Shown: positions 13,405-24,600 of the stretch, one piece after another
Layout of the letters: each line of letters opens with the position of its first letter
How positions within the stretch are numbered: position 1 is the first letter of the stretch
DNA from: Anolis carolinensis
Taxonomy: Eukaryota
DNA: 64,000 bases
Direction: 5' to 3'
Assembly: GCF_035594765.1 (NCBI RefSeq)
Contig: NC_085845.1
Coordinates: 83,074,024-83,138,023, forward strand
Translations under genes and position numbers: made by a program
Notes under the pieces: model-generated
What the model was told of the DNA's origin: nothing
The model's database searches: none
The model's input: the letters and a program-made list of their open reading frames with translations, nothing else

Positions 13405-14682
13405 CAGTTGAGTCTCTCTTATCCAACATTCAGGATTATCCAATGCAGTCTGCCTCCCACCCAGATCCACAGCTGTTTCTCTAGGCAGCAAGGACTGAAC
13501 TTTTTATGGATTTAACTTCTGACAATGTTGTTACTGCAAGTTCATTTTATGCAATTCTATCTTTATTTGTAGTCATTTTGTTAGTAGTCAATGTTTTTAT
13601 AGTCAATTTTTTTCAATACAGTGCGATGTTTTGGTGCTAAATTTGTAAATATAGTAATTACTACATAACATCACTGTGTATTGAGCTGCTTTTTCTGTTG
13701 ATTTGTTGTAAAACATGATGTTTTGGGGCTTAATTTGTAAAATCATAATGTAATTTGATGTTTAATAGTATTTTCCTTAATCCTGCCATATTATTCAACA
13801 TTTTTGCTTATCCAACGTTGTGCCGGCCCGTTTATGTTGGATAAACTATCAGTACAGTAGTCTCTCGCCTATCCAAGTTCCGCTTATCCAAGGTTCTGTA
13901 TTATCGAACACAGTTTGCCTTTTAGTAGTCAATGTTTTTGTAGTCAATTTTTCAATAAATTGCAAAATTTTGGTGCTAAATTCATAAATACAGTAATTAT
14001 TACATAACGTTACTGTGTACTGAACTGCTTTTTCTATCCATTTGTTGTAAAGCATGATGTTTTGGTGCTTAATTTGTAAAATCATAACATAATTTGATAT
14101 TTAATAGGCTTTACCTTAATCTCTCCTTATTATCCAAAATATTCGCTTATCCAATGTTCTGCTGGCCTGTTTATGATGGGTGAGACTCTACTACAGGGGT
14201 CCCCAAACTTTTTAAACAGGGGGCCAGTTTATGGTCCCTCAGACCATTGGAGGGCCGGAATATAGTTTAAAAAAAAGAAAAGAAAGAAACTATGAACAAA
14301 TTCCTATGCAGTGCACACTGCACATATCTTATTTTGAAGTAAAAAAACAAAGGAATAAATACAGCCTCAATGTTAATCATAATCATAATAAAAATAATAA
14401 AGTGGGTTGGAAGAGACCCCTTGGGCCATTTAGTCCAACCTCCTTTTGCCTTTGTGCACCAAAAGCACTAGCAAAGCACCCCTTAATGATGAATTAATTA
14501 TTAATTAAATAATAATTAAAATACCATTATAAACAAGAAAAGCTTTGGAAGGCATGCACTAGGAGAGGGGGGAGACAGGAAAGGCGGAGGAGGAGGGAGC
14601 TGCCGGCGCAGGGGCTGGATAAATGGCTTCAATGGGCCGCATGTGGCCCCCAGGCCTTAGTTTGGGGACCCCTGCTCTACTG
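13405..14682. mobile_element. Two adjacent related non-autonomous Tc1/mariner elements (CAGTAGAGTCTC-type TIR)
   Basis: TIR-like starts after TA at ~13405 and ~13855. Internal AT-rich sequence is shared between the two. The right TIR is split by a hAT insertion. Confidence 0.6.
14194..14674. mobile_element. Non-autonomous hAT transposon (CAGGGGTCCCCAAACT TIR)
   Basis: Perfect TIRs with 8-bp TSD CTCTACTA / CTCTACTG. Confidence 0.85.
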
Positions 14683-14971
14683 TATTATTATTATTATTCT
14701 CACTTATGTTCATGTGACACCGCAGCCCTACAGCCAACACAGTTTGGAAAGCTCTGTTTTGCAACCTCATCATACCAGAGCATGGACCCACTTGAAATCT
14801 GATTTCTGCCCCATGCAGAAATCTGTCGTTTGAAGTTTAGTGAGAACTCTGGCTGTGAAGCTTAAAGGCCCTTCCCTTAAACTACAAGCCTCAGAATTCT
14901 GCAAGAGGCAGAAACTGGATTTAAAGTGGATCCATGCTCTAGTGGTCCCTAAGTCAGCAGGCCCTTTGGTG

Positions 14972-15109
14972 CAGACATGGACAAACTTCAGCCCTCCAGG
15001 AGTTTTGGATTTCAACTCCCACAATTCCTAACAGCCGGTTAGTAGGCTGTTAGGAATTGTGGGAGTTGAAGTCCAAAGCACCTGGAGGGCCGAAGTTTGC
15101 CCATACCTG
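14972..15109. mobile_element. Palindromic hAT-type MITE
   Basis: Same family as 8014-8147. Confidence 0.75.
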
Positions 15110-15119
15110 CGTTTGGTGC

Positions 15120-15770
15120 CATTCCCCCTGACGGTGTCACTCAGGAGGCGCAGCTCCCCCTCCCAGTGACCCTTCCGCGCCCTCCAGCCCACTTCCCTTC
15201 AGGAAAAGAGACGAGCGTGCTTTGCTTGAGAGCCCTTCAGGCTCTGGCTGCAGACGGGGCTCCCCTTCAGGAAAGGACGGCGCTGAGGGCCAGAGAGGAC
15301 CCAAGGGCGGCGCGGGGCATGACGGGATGCGGCCCTCTCTTTCTCTCTCTATTTATCCGTCAGGCCTGCACCTCGGGCCTACGCCTTCCCCTTTCCCACG
15401 GCTCCTGGCCCTACCTTGGCGAGGGCGCAACAGACTCGGCTCCACGTCTGCATGGCGGCTGCTTTCACAGTTCCCTCTGAGGCAGCAGCAGCGGCACCGC
15501 CAAGGACACTGAAGACTCGCGCAGGCGCACAACGGGAGAGGAGGCCGGGGTGCCCTCAAGGTCCTCCTCAGCAGAAGCAGCCGCCTCGAGGAGGAAGAGG
15601 AGGCGCGCGCCCCCTAGCGGAAGAGGCCGCCCACTGCAGCTGATGACGTATCTTGTCTCCTCAAAAGGGAACTTTGAGCAAGATGCGGCCTGGACACTTA
15701 CTCGCCCTGCCTCTCTTTCCTCGAGGTGTCCCCGGAGCAGGCATCTCTCCCAGGCTGAATTTACGCTGGC
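15120..15770 (-). promoter_or_regulatory. CpG island and DLD promoter
   Basis: GC- and CpG-rich block around exon 1, with ETS-like CGGAAG at 15618-15623, CRE-like TGACGTA at 15644-15650, and GCCGCCATG at the start codon. Confidence 0.8.
15415..15453 (-). CDS. DLD: DLD coding exon 1 (MQTWSRVCCALAK)
   Basis: 39 bp from a Kozak gccgccATG to AAG|gtagg; matches the vertebrate DLD N-terminus. Confidence 0.95.
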
Positions 15771-15914
15771 ATAACATCCAGCTTCTGGTCCCTGATCACA
15801 CTATAAAACACAGCTTTTGTCCCTGGATATAAATGCCACTTACAAATTGGTTCTGTCACAAAAACATGGGGAAAGTGGATTAAACTGCCAAAACTGTGGC
15901 ACTACGGCCCTGAA

Positions 15915-16566
15915 AACATCAAGAAAATCAAGATTATGGCAACCAGACTGATTGATAAGTGGCAAATAGAAGGAGAAAATGTGGAGGCAGTGACAGACTT
16001 TGTATTTTTAGGCGCAGACTGCAGCCCGGAAATCAGAAGATGTTTACTTCTTGGGAGGAGAGCAATGACCAACCTCGATAAAATAGTGAAGAGCAGAGAC
16101 AATGAAGGTCCACATAGTCAAAGCAATGGTGTTCCCCATAGTAACCTATGGATGCGAGAACTGGACCATAAGGAAGGCTGAGTGAAGGAAGATAGACTCT
16201 TTTGAACTCGTGTTGGAAGAAAATCCCGAGAGTGCCTTGGACCACAAGAAGATCAAACCAGTCCATACTCCAGGAAATAATGCCCGACTTCTCATTGAAG
16301 GGAAGGATATTAAGAGGCAAAGATGAAGTACTTTGGCCACATCATGAGAAGACAGGAAAGATTGGAAAAGAAAATGATGCTGGGGAAAATGGAAGGAAAA
16401 AGGAAGCAGGGCCAACCAAGGGCAAGATGGATGGATGGTATCCTTGACGTGACTGGCTTGACCTTGAAGGAGCTGGGAGTGGCCACGGCCGACAGGGAGC
16501 TATGGTGTGGACTGGTCCATGAGGTCACAAAGAGTCGGAAGCGGCTGAACCAATAAACAACAGCAT
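15915..16566 (+). mobile_element. Bov-B/RTE LINE, 5'-truncated
   Basis: Peptides NIKKIKIMAT..., CSPEIRRCLLLGRRAMTNLDKI..., YFGHIMRR...RWMDGI. TSD GGCCCTGAA at 15906-15914 and 16567-16575. Confidence 0.9.
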
Positions 16567-17429
16567 GGCCCTGAAGCCTTTTTTCACCACAAACCACACA
16601 CTGTCCAGATGATCCAGGAAGGCTAACTTTCAGTGAGTCCAGCGAAGTTTACCATCTGAACTGATGAGTTTTCGCAACAATGGTATCTGGTATTTCTTAA
16701 ATGATTTTAAAATGTTTGTTTATGTTTTATTGTACTGAAGGGGCAAAGACACTCCGGTACTCCTACGTTTCCACTGAAAGCAGGAGCCCCCTTGGCAAAG
16801 AGGGCAAGGTTAGGAAAGACACCAAAAGCTGAATCTTCAAATTGCATAAGCTGTTTATTGCGAGCTTAGTAATAACAACAAAAATGCATACAGGAATGCA
16901 ATCAAATGTTTTGTCGCAACCTGAAATGGGGTTGCAAGGCTTTTTATCACTTTCACAGAAAGTTGAAACACATTCTTATTGGTCTTCAAAGATCAATCAT
17001 GTTTTTGGTCTAAAATTGATTACGTCACAAGCATCTTAAATAGCATACGTTTCCATTGGTTTCTCTGTTCTAACAAACAAAAAGCAGCATGTGATTCTTT
17101 AGACAATGGTACTTTCATGTCACTGACCCTGAGCATTGTATCCGTGGGCTAGGCTTATCGACTTCTGTTGCAAGCATAAACTTAGGGAGTACTAGCTAAT
17201 CAGTTTTGTCCTCATGTACTTTTATCCTTGAAAAATAATTTCCTCTCTCCAGCAGCTCTTTTTCCAAACATCAGCATTTTCTCACAAACATGGACCTCAC
17301 AAGGGCCTTTTGCAAATTAGGTCAAATAGCAGTAAATCAGGATATATGGGAATTACAGTCATTGGAAGTATCCCTGAAAATTCCCTTTTAAAACTACGTC
17401 CCCCTCAGTACAGTTGGTTTTATTGTTTA

Positions 17430-18499
17430 CTAGCTTGGGGACCCGGTGATGCCTGGGTTATTAGAAGAAGGCATTGTTTGTTTTTGGATGTTAGGTAGAT
17501 TTTGGGATGTTAGGTAATGTTACTGAAGTTTGGTCCAGATCCATCGTTGGCTGGGTTCATTGCTGTCTGGAGAAGGGTGAACTACAACTCCAAGATTCCC
17601 AGGGCAATCACCCCCAAGCTCTGCTGGTATTCGCAGTTGGTCATGTTGGGTCTGTGTGCAAAATTTAGTCCAGGTCTGTCCTTGGCTGGGTTCAAGGCTC
17701 TCTGGATAAGGGAGAACTACAACTCCCAGATCCAAAGTCAATCACCTCCAAACCAGGCCTCTATGCACCATTGGCCATGTTGGGTCTGTGTGCCAAGTTT
17801 GTTCCAGATCTAACGTCAGCTGGGTTCAATGCTCTCTGGATGCAGGTGAACTATAAATCCCAAAATCGAGGTCCATTCCCCAACCCCTGCAGTATGTTCA
17901 GTTGGTCTTGGGACTTCTGTGTGCCAAGTTTGGTCCCAGTCCACTGTCTGTGGGGGTCACAGTATCAGTGAAGGTACTGCAGGTCAGATTATCAGTTGCA
18001 AGTTTGGTCAGATCCATTGTTGGTTGGATTAACAGTGCTCTCTGGATGTAGGTTAAGTACAACTCTTGTAAAACATTGTGAATTCTCCCCAAACCTGTTG
18101 TTCAGATGCTGATCAATTCCTCTGTTAACTGTGTTCCATAGGAAAGGATAAGAAAGGGTTAATGGTTAAGGTAGAGGCAGTGGGCAGGGTCACGCAAATT
18201 AAGGAACCCTGAGATGTCCATTCTGGAGGAAAAACAGAACATCTAGGATGAAAATGTCCCCGCATGAAAGCCTTAACTTGAGTGGGGGGCACAGTGGTGT
18301 TTGTGGAGGACACTAGCAGGGTTTAGGCTACATGTTTATGGCACTCACTATAATCTGCATGTCAGTGGAGGGAGGACTACTGGTGCCTCCTGCTCAGTGG
18401 GAACAACAGCTGTTTGTGGAGACGGGAGGCTGTCTGTGTAAGTAGACACCTCCTCTACATACACACATACACATTGTTCATTTTTATTATGTATATAGA
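17430..18499 (-). mobile_element. Non-autonomous Helitron with internal ~120-bp tandem repeats
   Basis: Minus strand reads A|TCTATATAC...GC-rich hairpin...CTAG|T (5' TC, 3' CTAG, A/T insertion site). Repeated AAGTTTGGTCCAGAT units run from 17525 to 18070. Confidence 0.75.
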
Positions 18500-18531
18500 T
18501 AATATCAAGGAATACTTCTATGGAAGGGCCT

Positions 18532-18612
18532 GTTGCTTAGGGCAACAGCAGAAAGATTCTAGAATTAAAACCATAGATCTGTGTAGAACAGTTGGTGATG
18601 TTGCTAAACAGC
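18532..18612 (+). promoter_or_regulatory. Putative proximal promoter module of PKDREJ-like A (RFX X-box plus TTCTAGAA)
   Basis: GTTGCTTAGGGCAAC at 18532-18546 and TTCTAGAA at 18557-18564; homologous motifs lie upstream of B and C. Confidence 0.55.
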
Positions 18613-18639
18613 TATTGCTTCTGAACCATTACACTAGAG

Positions 18640-21600
18640 ATGCATTGCCCTGTGTTCCTTTTCTTCCTCCTGAGGTACTCTTTCTGGTATACAATAGCTG
18701 CGCCCATTCATTTCTTGCCACCTCCACTGTTGGTCATCTGCACAGATCCACAACACCGAGTCTATCAGAGGCATGACACTGAACATCATCTCTCATGTAT
18801 CTGGGACTGGAAAATGGAGCTGAAGTATTCAAGAAACAGAGGATTAGATATCGAGATTGGGAAGCCAGGCATGCAAGTCCCTCCCCATTGTAGCTGGTAC
18901 CGGGATTCCAACTTGATAGAGAATACAAATCACTGGTCAGGTCAGGTAGTCATGGATATGGGCCTAGATGAAGGAGGCCTTCATCCACCCCAGGCCTTTA
19001 GTCATATCACAGTGCAATGCAAATCAGCCTGGTGCCATGCACCCACTTGTGCTTACAACAACCTGACCATTGAAATTTCTAGGCAAGATGTCCATCTTTT
19101 CCTCCTCTCACCACAGACTCTTCCCATCCAGGAATGGCAACCAGTGCAGCTAGGCTGGTGTGCACGCCTAAAAAATGTCATCTGGAACTACCGCTTCGAG
19201 AGCCCTGGGGGTAGTCCTGCAGACCATCTCATTCCTAGCAACCAGCACAATGAGTCACTCACACCCACTCTTTATCCCTATGCAAAATTGCACCAAGCAT
19301 GTGCGTCATATTATAACTACCATGTAACCGTGCGTTATCCACACCGTGGAGTCTACACTGCTTCACTCCATATTGAGAATGGGCCTCAACTCAGACGCAG
19401 TCTTAACGTGTATGTACAGCCTGCTCTCCTCCATGTATTTAGTGCTTCCTCCACACTGCTCAGTCGCACTTACATGACTGTCAACCTTTCTTGGACTCTC
19501 CAACCCCTTAGCCCCAGAATAATGGCATATTCATTGATAGATGTGCAGGGACTGGACCAGTGGTCTCCTCGCTGCAATTATAACCCTTTTGCTCTACAAA
19601 GTGATTTCTGTGCTGCTCCGAAATCATGGAATTCTGGGGGGAAAGTGATGGCCAGCATCTATTTTCGTATTAGTGAGAAAATATCTGGACAGCTCAAGGG
19701 GGAAATTAGATTTTCCAATAAGACTGTGATGTTCAGAGAAAGCAATGCAAACCCAACTTACCTCGTGCTCAACCCACAAAAAACTAAAGCAGGCACTTAC
19801 ATTTTCAGTCATGCTTTGGGACTATACTATTCTACCCAAGAAAGAAAGAATACCAGTGCCACTGGTGGGAATTCTAGCTTTCACTATATTTTTTATCAAC
19901 AACAGGGCCTCTCTTACCTACTCATCATCGAATTTATACAGCCACAGTGGTACCGGTTCAACATACACTTATACCTGAACCGAAGGGAGACTTTGTTCAA
20001 GGCTTTAGGAGAAAAGGATACAGAAGTTCAGATTTTCAATGGACATTCTACTGATGAAAGTTTGGCCTATGTTTTGTGGTTTATTCCTATACAACATCCG
20101 CAGCTGCAGTGTGAATGGGTCTTTGATTTGCAGCTTTTTGATTCTGGGAAGGAGCACCTCCTTTGGAATAGCACTTACACATATGGAAATCATGTAAAAA
20201 ATGCCACTCTTCTTCTTTCTCACTCTGTTTCATTCTTCAAACCTTCCCTGTATGCAGGGTTTGTAGCAAAAGTGAACTGCAGAAAAAGTGGGCTTGTCCA
20301 TGCTGTTCTCAAAGCCTCGGTCAATACTTACTCTTCAGAAATGAGGGAGTTAAATGTGGCCTGTCAAAAAAGTTACTGTCATAACCTGATAGCTACAATC
20401 CATAAACCAAATTCATTTCAGTCAGTCATACAATACAGGAGAATGTCAGCAGTTAGCTTGCAATCAACTGCAAAAGCAGAATGCAGGACAAGTTCAGTTA
20501 TACATATACTCTGGAAGATCTACAGCCTTAAAACTGCATTGTCTATTCCTGACTGGTCACATCCTCTCAAGCTACCTAATGAAATAACTACAGATAGTGT
20601 AATATTTCACATGCCCAGGAATGTTTTGTATTATGGCTTTTATTATGTTAATGTGACCATGACAGTTTTTCTACCTGCATATAATATAAACATCACTGAG
20701 TCAGATTCAATATTACTCCAAATTCTAGAAAGTGATTTAGTAGCAAACATAATTGGAGGATCGTTCCGGACGGTTGGTGTTTCTGATCATTGGACTCTGG
20801 ATGGGTCCACCTCATCTGATCCTGATTCACACAATCCCCTGGAAGGAATCACTTTTAACTGGTACTGCACAAAACGGGAATTGGATTATTCAACAATGAG
20901 GCTGAGTCCCGATGAAAAATGCCACCCAACTCAGGTTGATTTAAACTGGACACCTTCCATTGATCCCGTTCAAATAGTGGAGCCCAACACACTTCAGGAA
21001 AATACAAAATACTATTTTACCTTAATAATTCTGAAGCAGAATAGATCAGCACGCACACTCCAGACAGTTCATGTGCTTCATGGTTCTGTACCAGTGTTGA
21101 ACATCACCTGTTTTGAAAATTGTGAGAAAACCATCAAAACAACAGAAAGTTTTGTTCTGTCTGCAAGATGTCTAAATTGTGAAAAATCTCAATCCGTTTA
21201 CTTTTGGACCCTTCTTTCAGCAAATTCCAAGGAAATACAGTTTGACTGGGCATCTAAAACTACAACTGGAAGGTCAAATCCATCCATACATATAAATCCA
21301 TTAGCATTCAGATATATGACTGACAAATACTATACTCTTAGTCTCAAAGTAAATTCACAGGGAAAATCCACAGCTGTTTACACATATTCATTCTATGTAA
21401 ATGCTCCGCCCCAGACTGGAAAGTGCAACATTTATCCAAAGAAAGGCACAGCCTTCCTTACAAAGTTTGTTATTCAGTGTACTGGCTTTGAAGACAAAGA
21501 TGGACCTCTTACATATAAAGTGATAGCACATTCTGATTTAACAAAAATGACTAACATATCTTCTCTACAGAATAATAAATTTGGAACAATATTGTACACT

Positions 21601-24600
21601 GGTTATCACCACAAAACTCCTCCATCATTCCTGCCAAGTGGCACGCCATCTAAAAAATATGCATTGGAAATATGTGTCCAAGTATATGATGCCTATGGCG
21701 TATTTTCTCAAGTAACTCTTCAGGCAATTGTGCATGATCCAAGAAGAAGTAAGCCAGCTGATATTATTCTGAGCGAACTGTATAATTTAACTAGTGGGAT
21801 AAATTCTTATCTTGAAATGAAAGATTACTTTAATATCGGTTTTCTTATATATGTAGCATCCTCCGTATTAAATGACATTGAAGCTTCACCCCTTACATAT
21901 GACTCAAAAAATGATTTACGGGAAATCCTCCTTAATGCATCTTCCAGGATTCCGATGAATGAAGTAGGGAAGATAAACCAAATTGTCTCAATTATTTGTC
22001 AAATAACACAGAATGTTAATAAAATTAGCAGGAGATTACAACTACTTGCAGTCAGAAAACTAAAAGAAGCCAGTGAAGCTCTAAAAGGACACAGGGACAA
22101 AGACCTAGGGTCCAAGGAAGCAGAAATAATTAGCAATGGTATATTTACTGGATTGTCTAATGTAGTGAGAGCATCTCTCTTGAACCATAGGAACACCAAT
22201 ATAAATGCAGTTAAAGAAGCAATTCAGGTGACAGAAATAGTAGCAGACCTAGTCTTACAAGGAAAAGTTCCCGGGGAACGTAAAACTAGCATAGAAGCCA
22301 AAGACTGGTCTATTCACTTATGGAAAAATGAAAAGTGGGAACTCTCTAAAATTATATCTCAGAGACTACATTGTAGAAATTGTTTGTATCTTAAACTGAA
22401 GCAGGAGAAATACACGGAACTACCAGCAGATGCTGTAATTTCCACTCTTCATTATGTATTTAAGGAGAATCCCTTCTCTTGGTTGCCAAATTCAGGAGAT
22501 ATTCACACAGTAGTGACTGGATTCAAAATGTTAGCAGTCACAGCCAATGGAGACATTATAGGGATCAACCCTGAGGTAACAGAGTTCATTATGGATAAAA
22601 ACGATAAGAAATCTGCCGCTTTTAATTTGACGATAGGACCTGATAAAAAACTCTACAAAACAACTGGCGGCTTCAATATTGAAATAAAGAAAGGTTCCAA
22701 ACATGTTTTCATCCAGATCCTATGTGACATTGATGTGACATTCACTGTATCTATCTACCTGGGACTCAATGTCAGCCACCCTCCAATAGCATCTTACATT
22801 GCCTTCCCGGATAAAGATCCAATACCACATCAAATGGATTCTGCCACCACTGACTGTGCAGTTAAGGCACCATATATGCTTTGTCTTCCTCAGTCACTGC
22901 TTAGCAGTTTATCTGGCAATAGAAGAAGGAAGTGGAACATCTCAGTTGTAGTACAATCAGAACTAATTGTGAGACATCAAACCACCAAAGTTGTTCGCAT
23001 TGCTGTTTTTACAGCAGACTGTCTAGTTTTGAATGGCATTCAGAACCAGTGGGAAGAAGGAACATGTCGTCTTGGCTCTCACACCAGTTGGTCCAAGATC
23101 CATTGTATCTGTGAAGCAAAAAAGCATAATACAACGATTACTACAACAACCAGTCGTCAATTATTGATTGACTCTGATCCTCACATCAGATTTTTGGCTG
23201 GCAAATTTGCATTATACCCCAATCCTTTGGATATTAACAAGATCATATTAGCAGAATTTGACGCAAACCCAGTTCCATTGTTTACGGTATTTTCCATTTT
23301 TGCAGGCTACATCTTTTTTACCACCTGGGCTACCATCAAAGATAAAGCTGATCTGAAAAGGAAAAACAAAATACTGGTCTTGCCAGACAATGACCCCTAC
23401 CACAAAGTGCGCTATTTAATCACCATATATACAGGAAGTCGGTTAGGATCAGGAACTACAGCAGATGTTTTTGTTGAACTGACAGGTGAGAATGGCGTTA
23501 GCGATATACATTGCATAAAGCACCCCCAGTTTCCAACTCTTTTTCGTGCATCTGTTGACACCTTTCTTCTAACTACTAAATATGAATTAGGGGATATTTT
23601 GTCCCTTCATATCTGGCACAATAATGGCGGTTCATCCCCTAACTGGTATTTAAGCCGAGTCAAAGTGTACAATGTGCAAACTAAAAAATCTTGGCTGTTT
23701 ATATGTAGAAACTGGTTAGGTCTTGGCAAGGCTGATGGTAAAATAGAAAGATTGTTTCCTGCTAAACATGCACACTCAAGCTTAAATAAAATGGATTACT
23801 TCTTTATATCCCTTGCCAAAGATTTGGAAGAGACCCACGTATGGCTCTCAGTATTTTCTCAGGTTGTTACTGGTAGTTTCACCAGGGTGCAAAGAGTATC
23901 CTGTTGCTTGGTAATCATGCTCATTAATCTTTTATTCAATATCATGTTCTTCAGTGCTGTAGAGGAAAAAGAACTTACTTCTAGAAGACAGCGGTATATG
24001 AAATCTCTCTATATCGGATTTGTGAGTGCTTTATTTTCCATCCCTATACAATTGACTATAACATGGTTGTTTAAGTACTCACAAGAGAAACCTTCTGTAA
24101 GTACCAAGGGTGAGAGTGGCCTAAAACAAATTCTCCCCTCTTTGTCTGAAACCTCCCCGAATGATAACACTTCATCAAGTCCTGAAATGTTAAGCATGAA
24201 AAAGCATCATGTAAACTTTTCAAATATCAATGCTAGTAATAATGATGCGAAAGATAAGGATGCGGAAACAAATGAGGCAGAACATAGAACAGTGCATGCG
24301 GAGTTCTTATTCTTTTTTCAAACACCAAAATTTCCATGGTGGTGGAGATATGTCTCTTGGGTATTGATCTTTATAATATCTGTGGTCTCTTCATTTTTCA
24401 TTATATTATATGGTTTGACCTATGGCTATACAACTACAATGGAATGGTTTATAGCATCAATGACATCTTTTTTTGAGAGTGTATTTTTGTTGCAAACTCT
24501 AAAGATGTGTCTTATCTCAGCCGTGAGTACTATTACTCTTAAATTCTGTGAAAGTATCCCCTGGAAAAGCACAGAACAGTACCTTCAGATGAAGCTGGTC

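Noticed and set aside
17525-18070. Regularly spaced repeats that look superficially like a CRISPR array
   Set aside because: This is eukaryotic DNA, the units are degenerate along their whole length with no unique spacers, and they lie inside a Helitron-like element.
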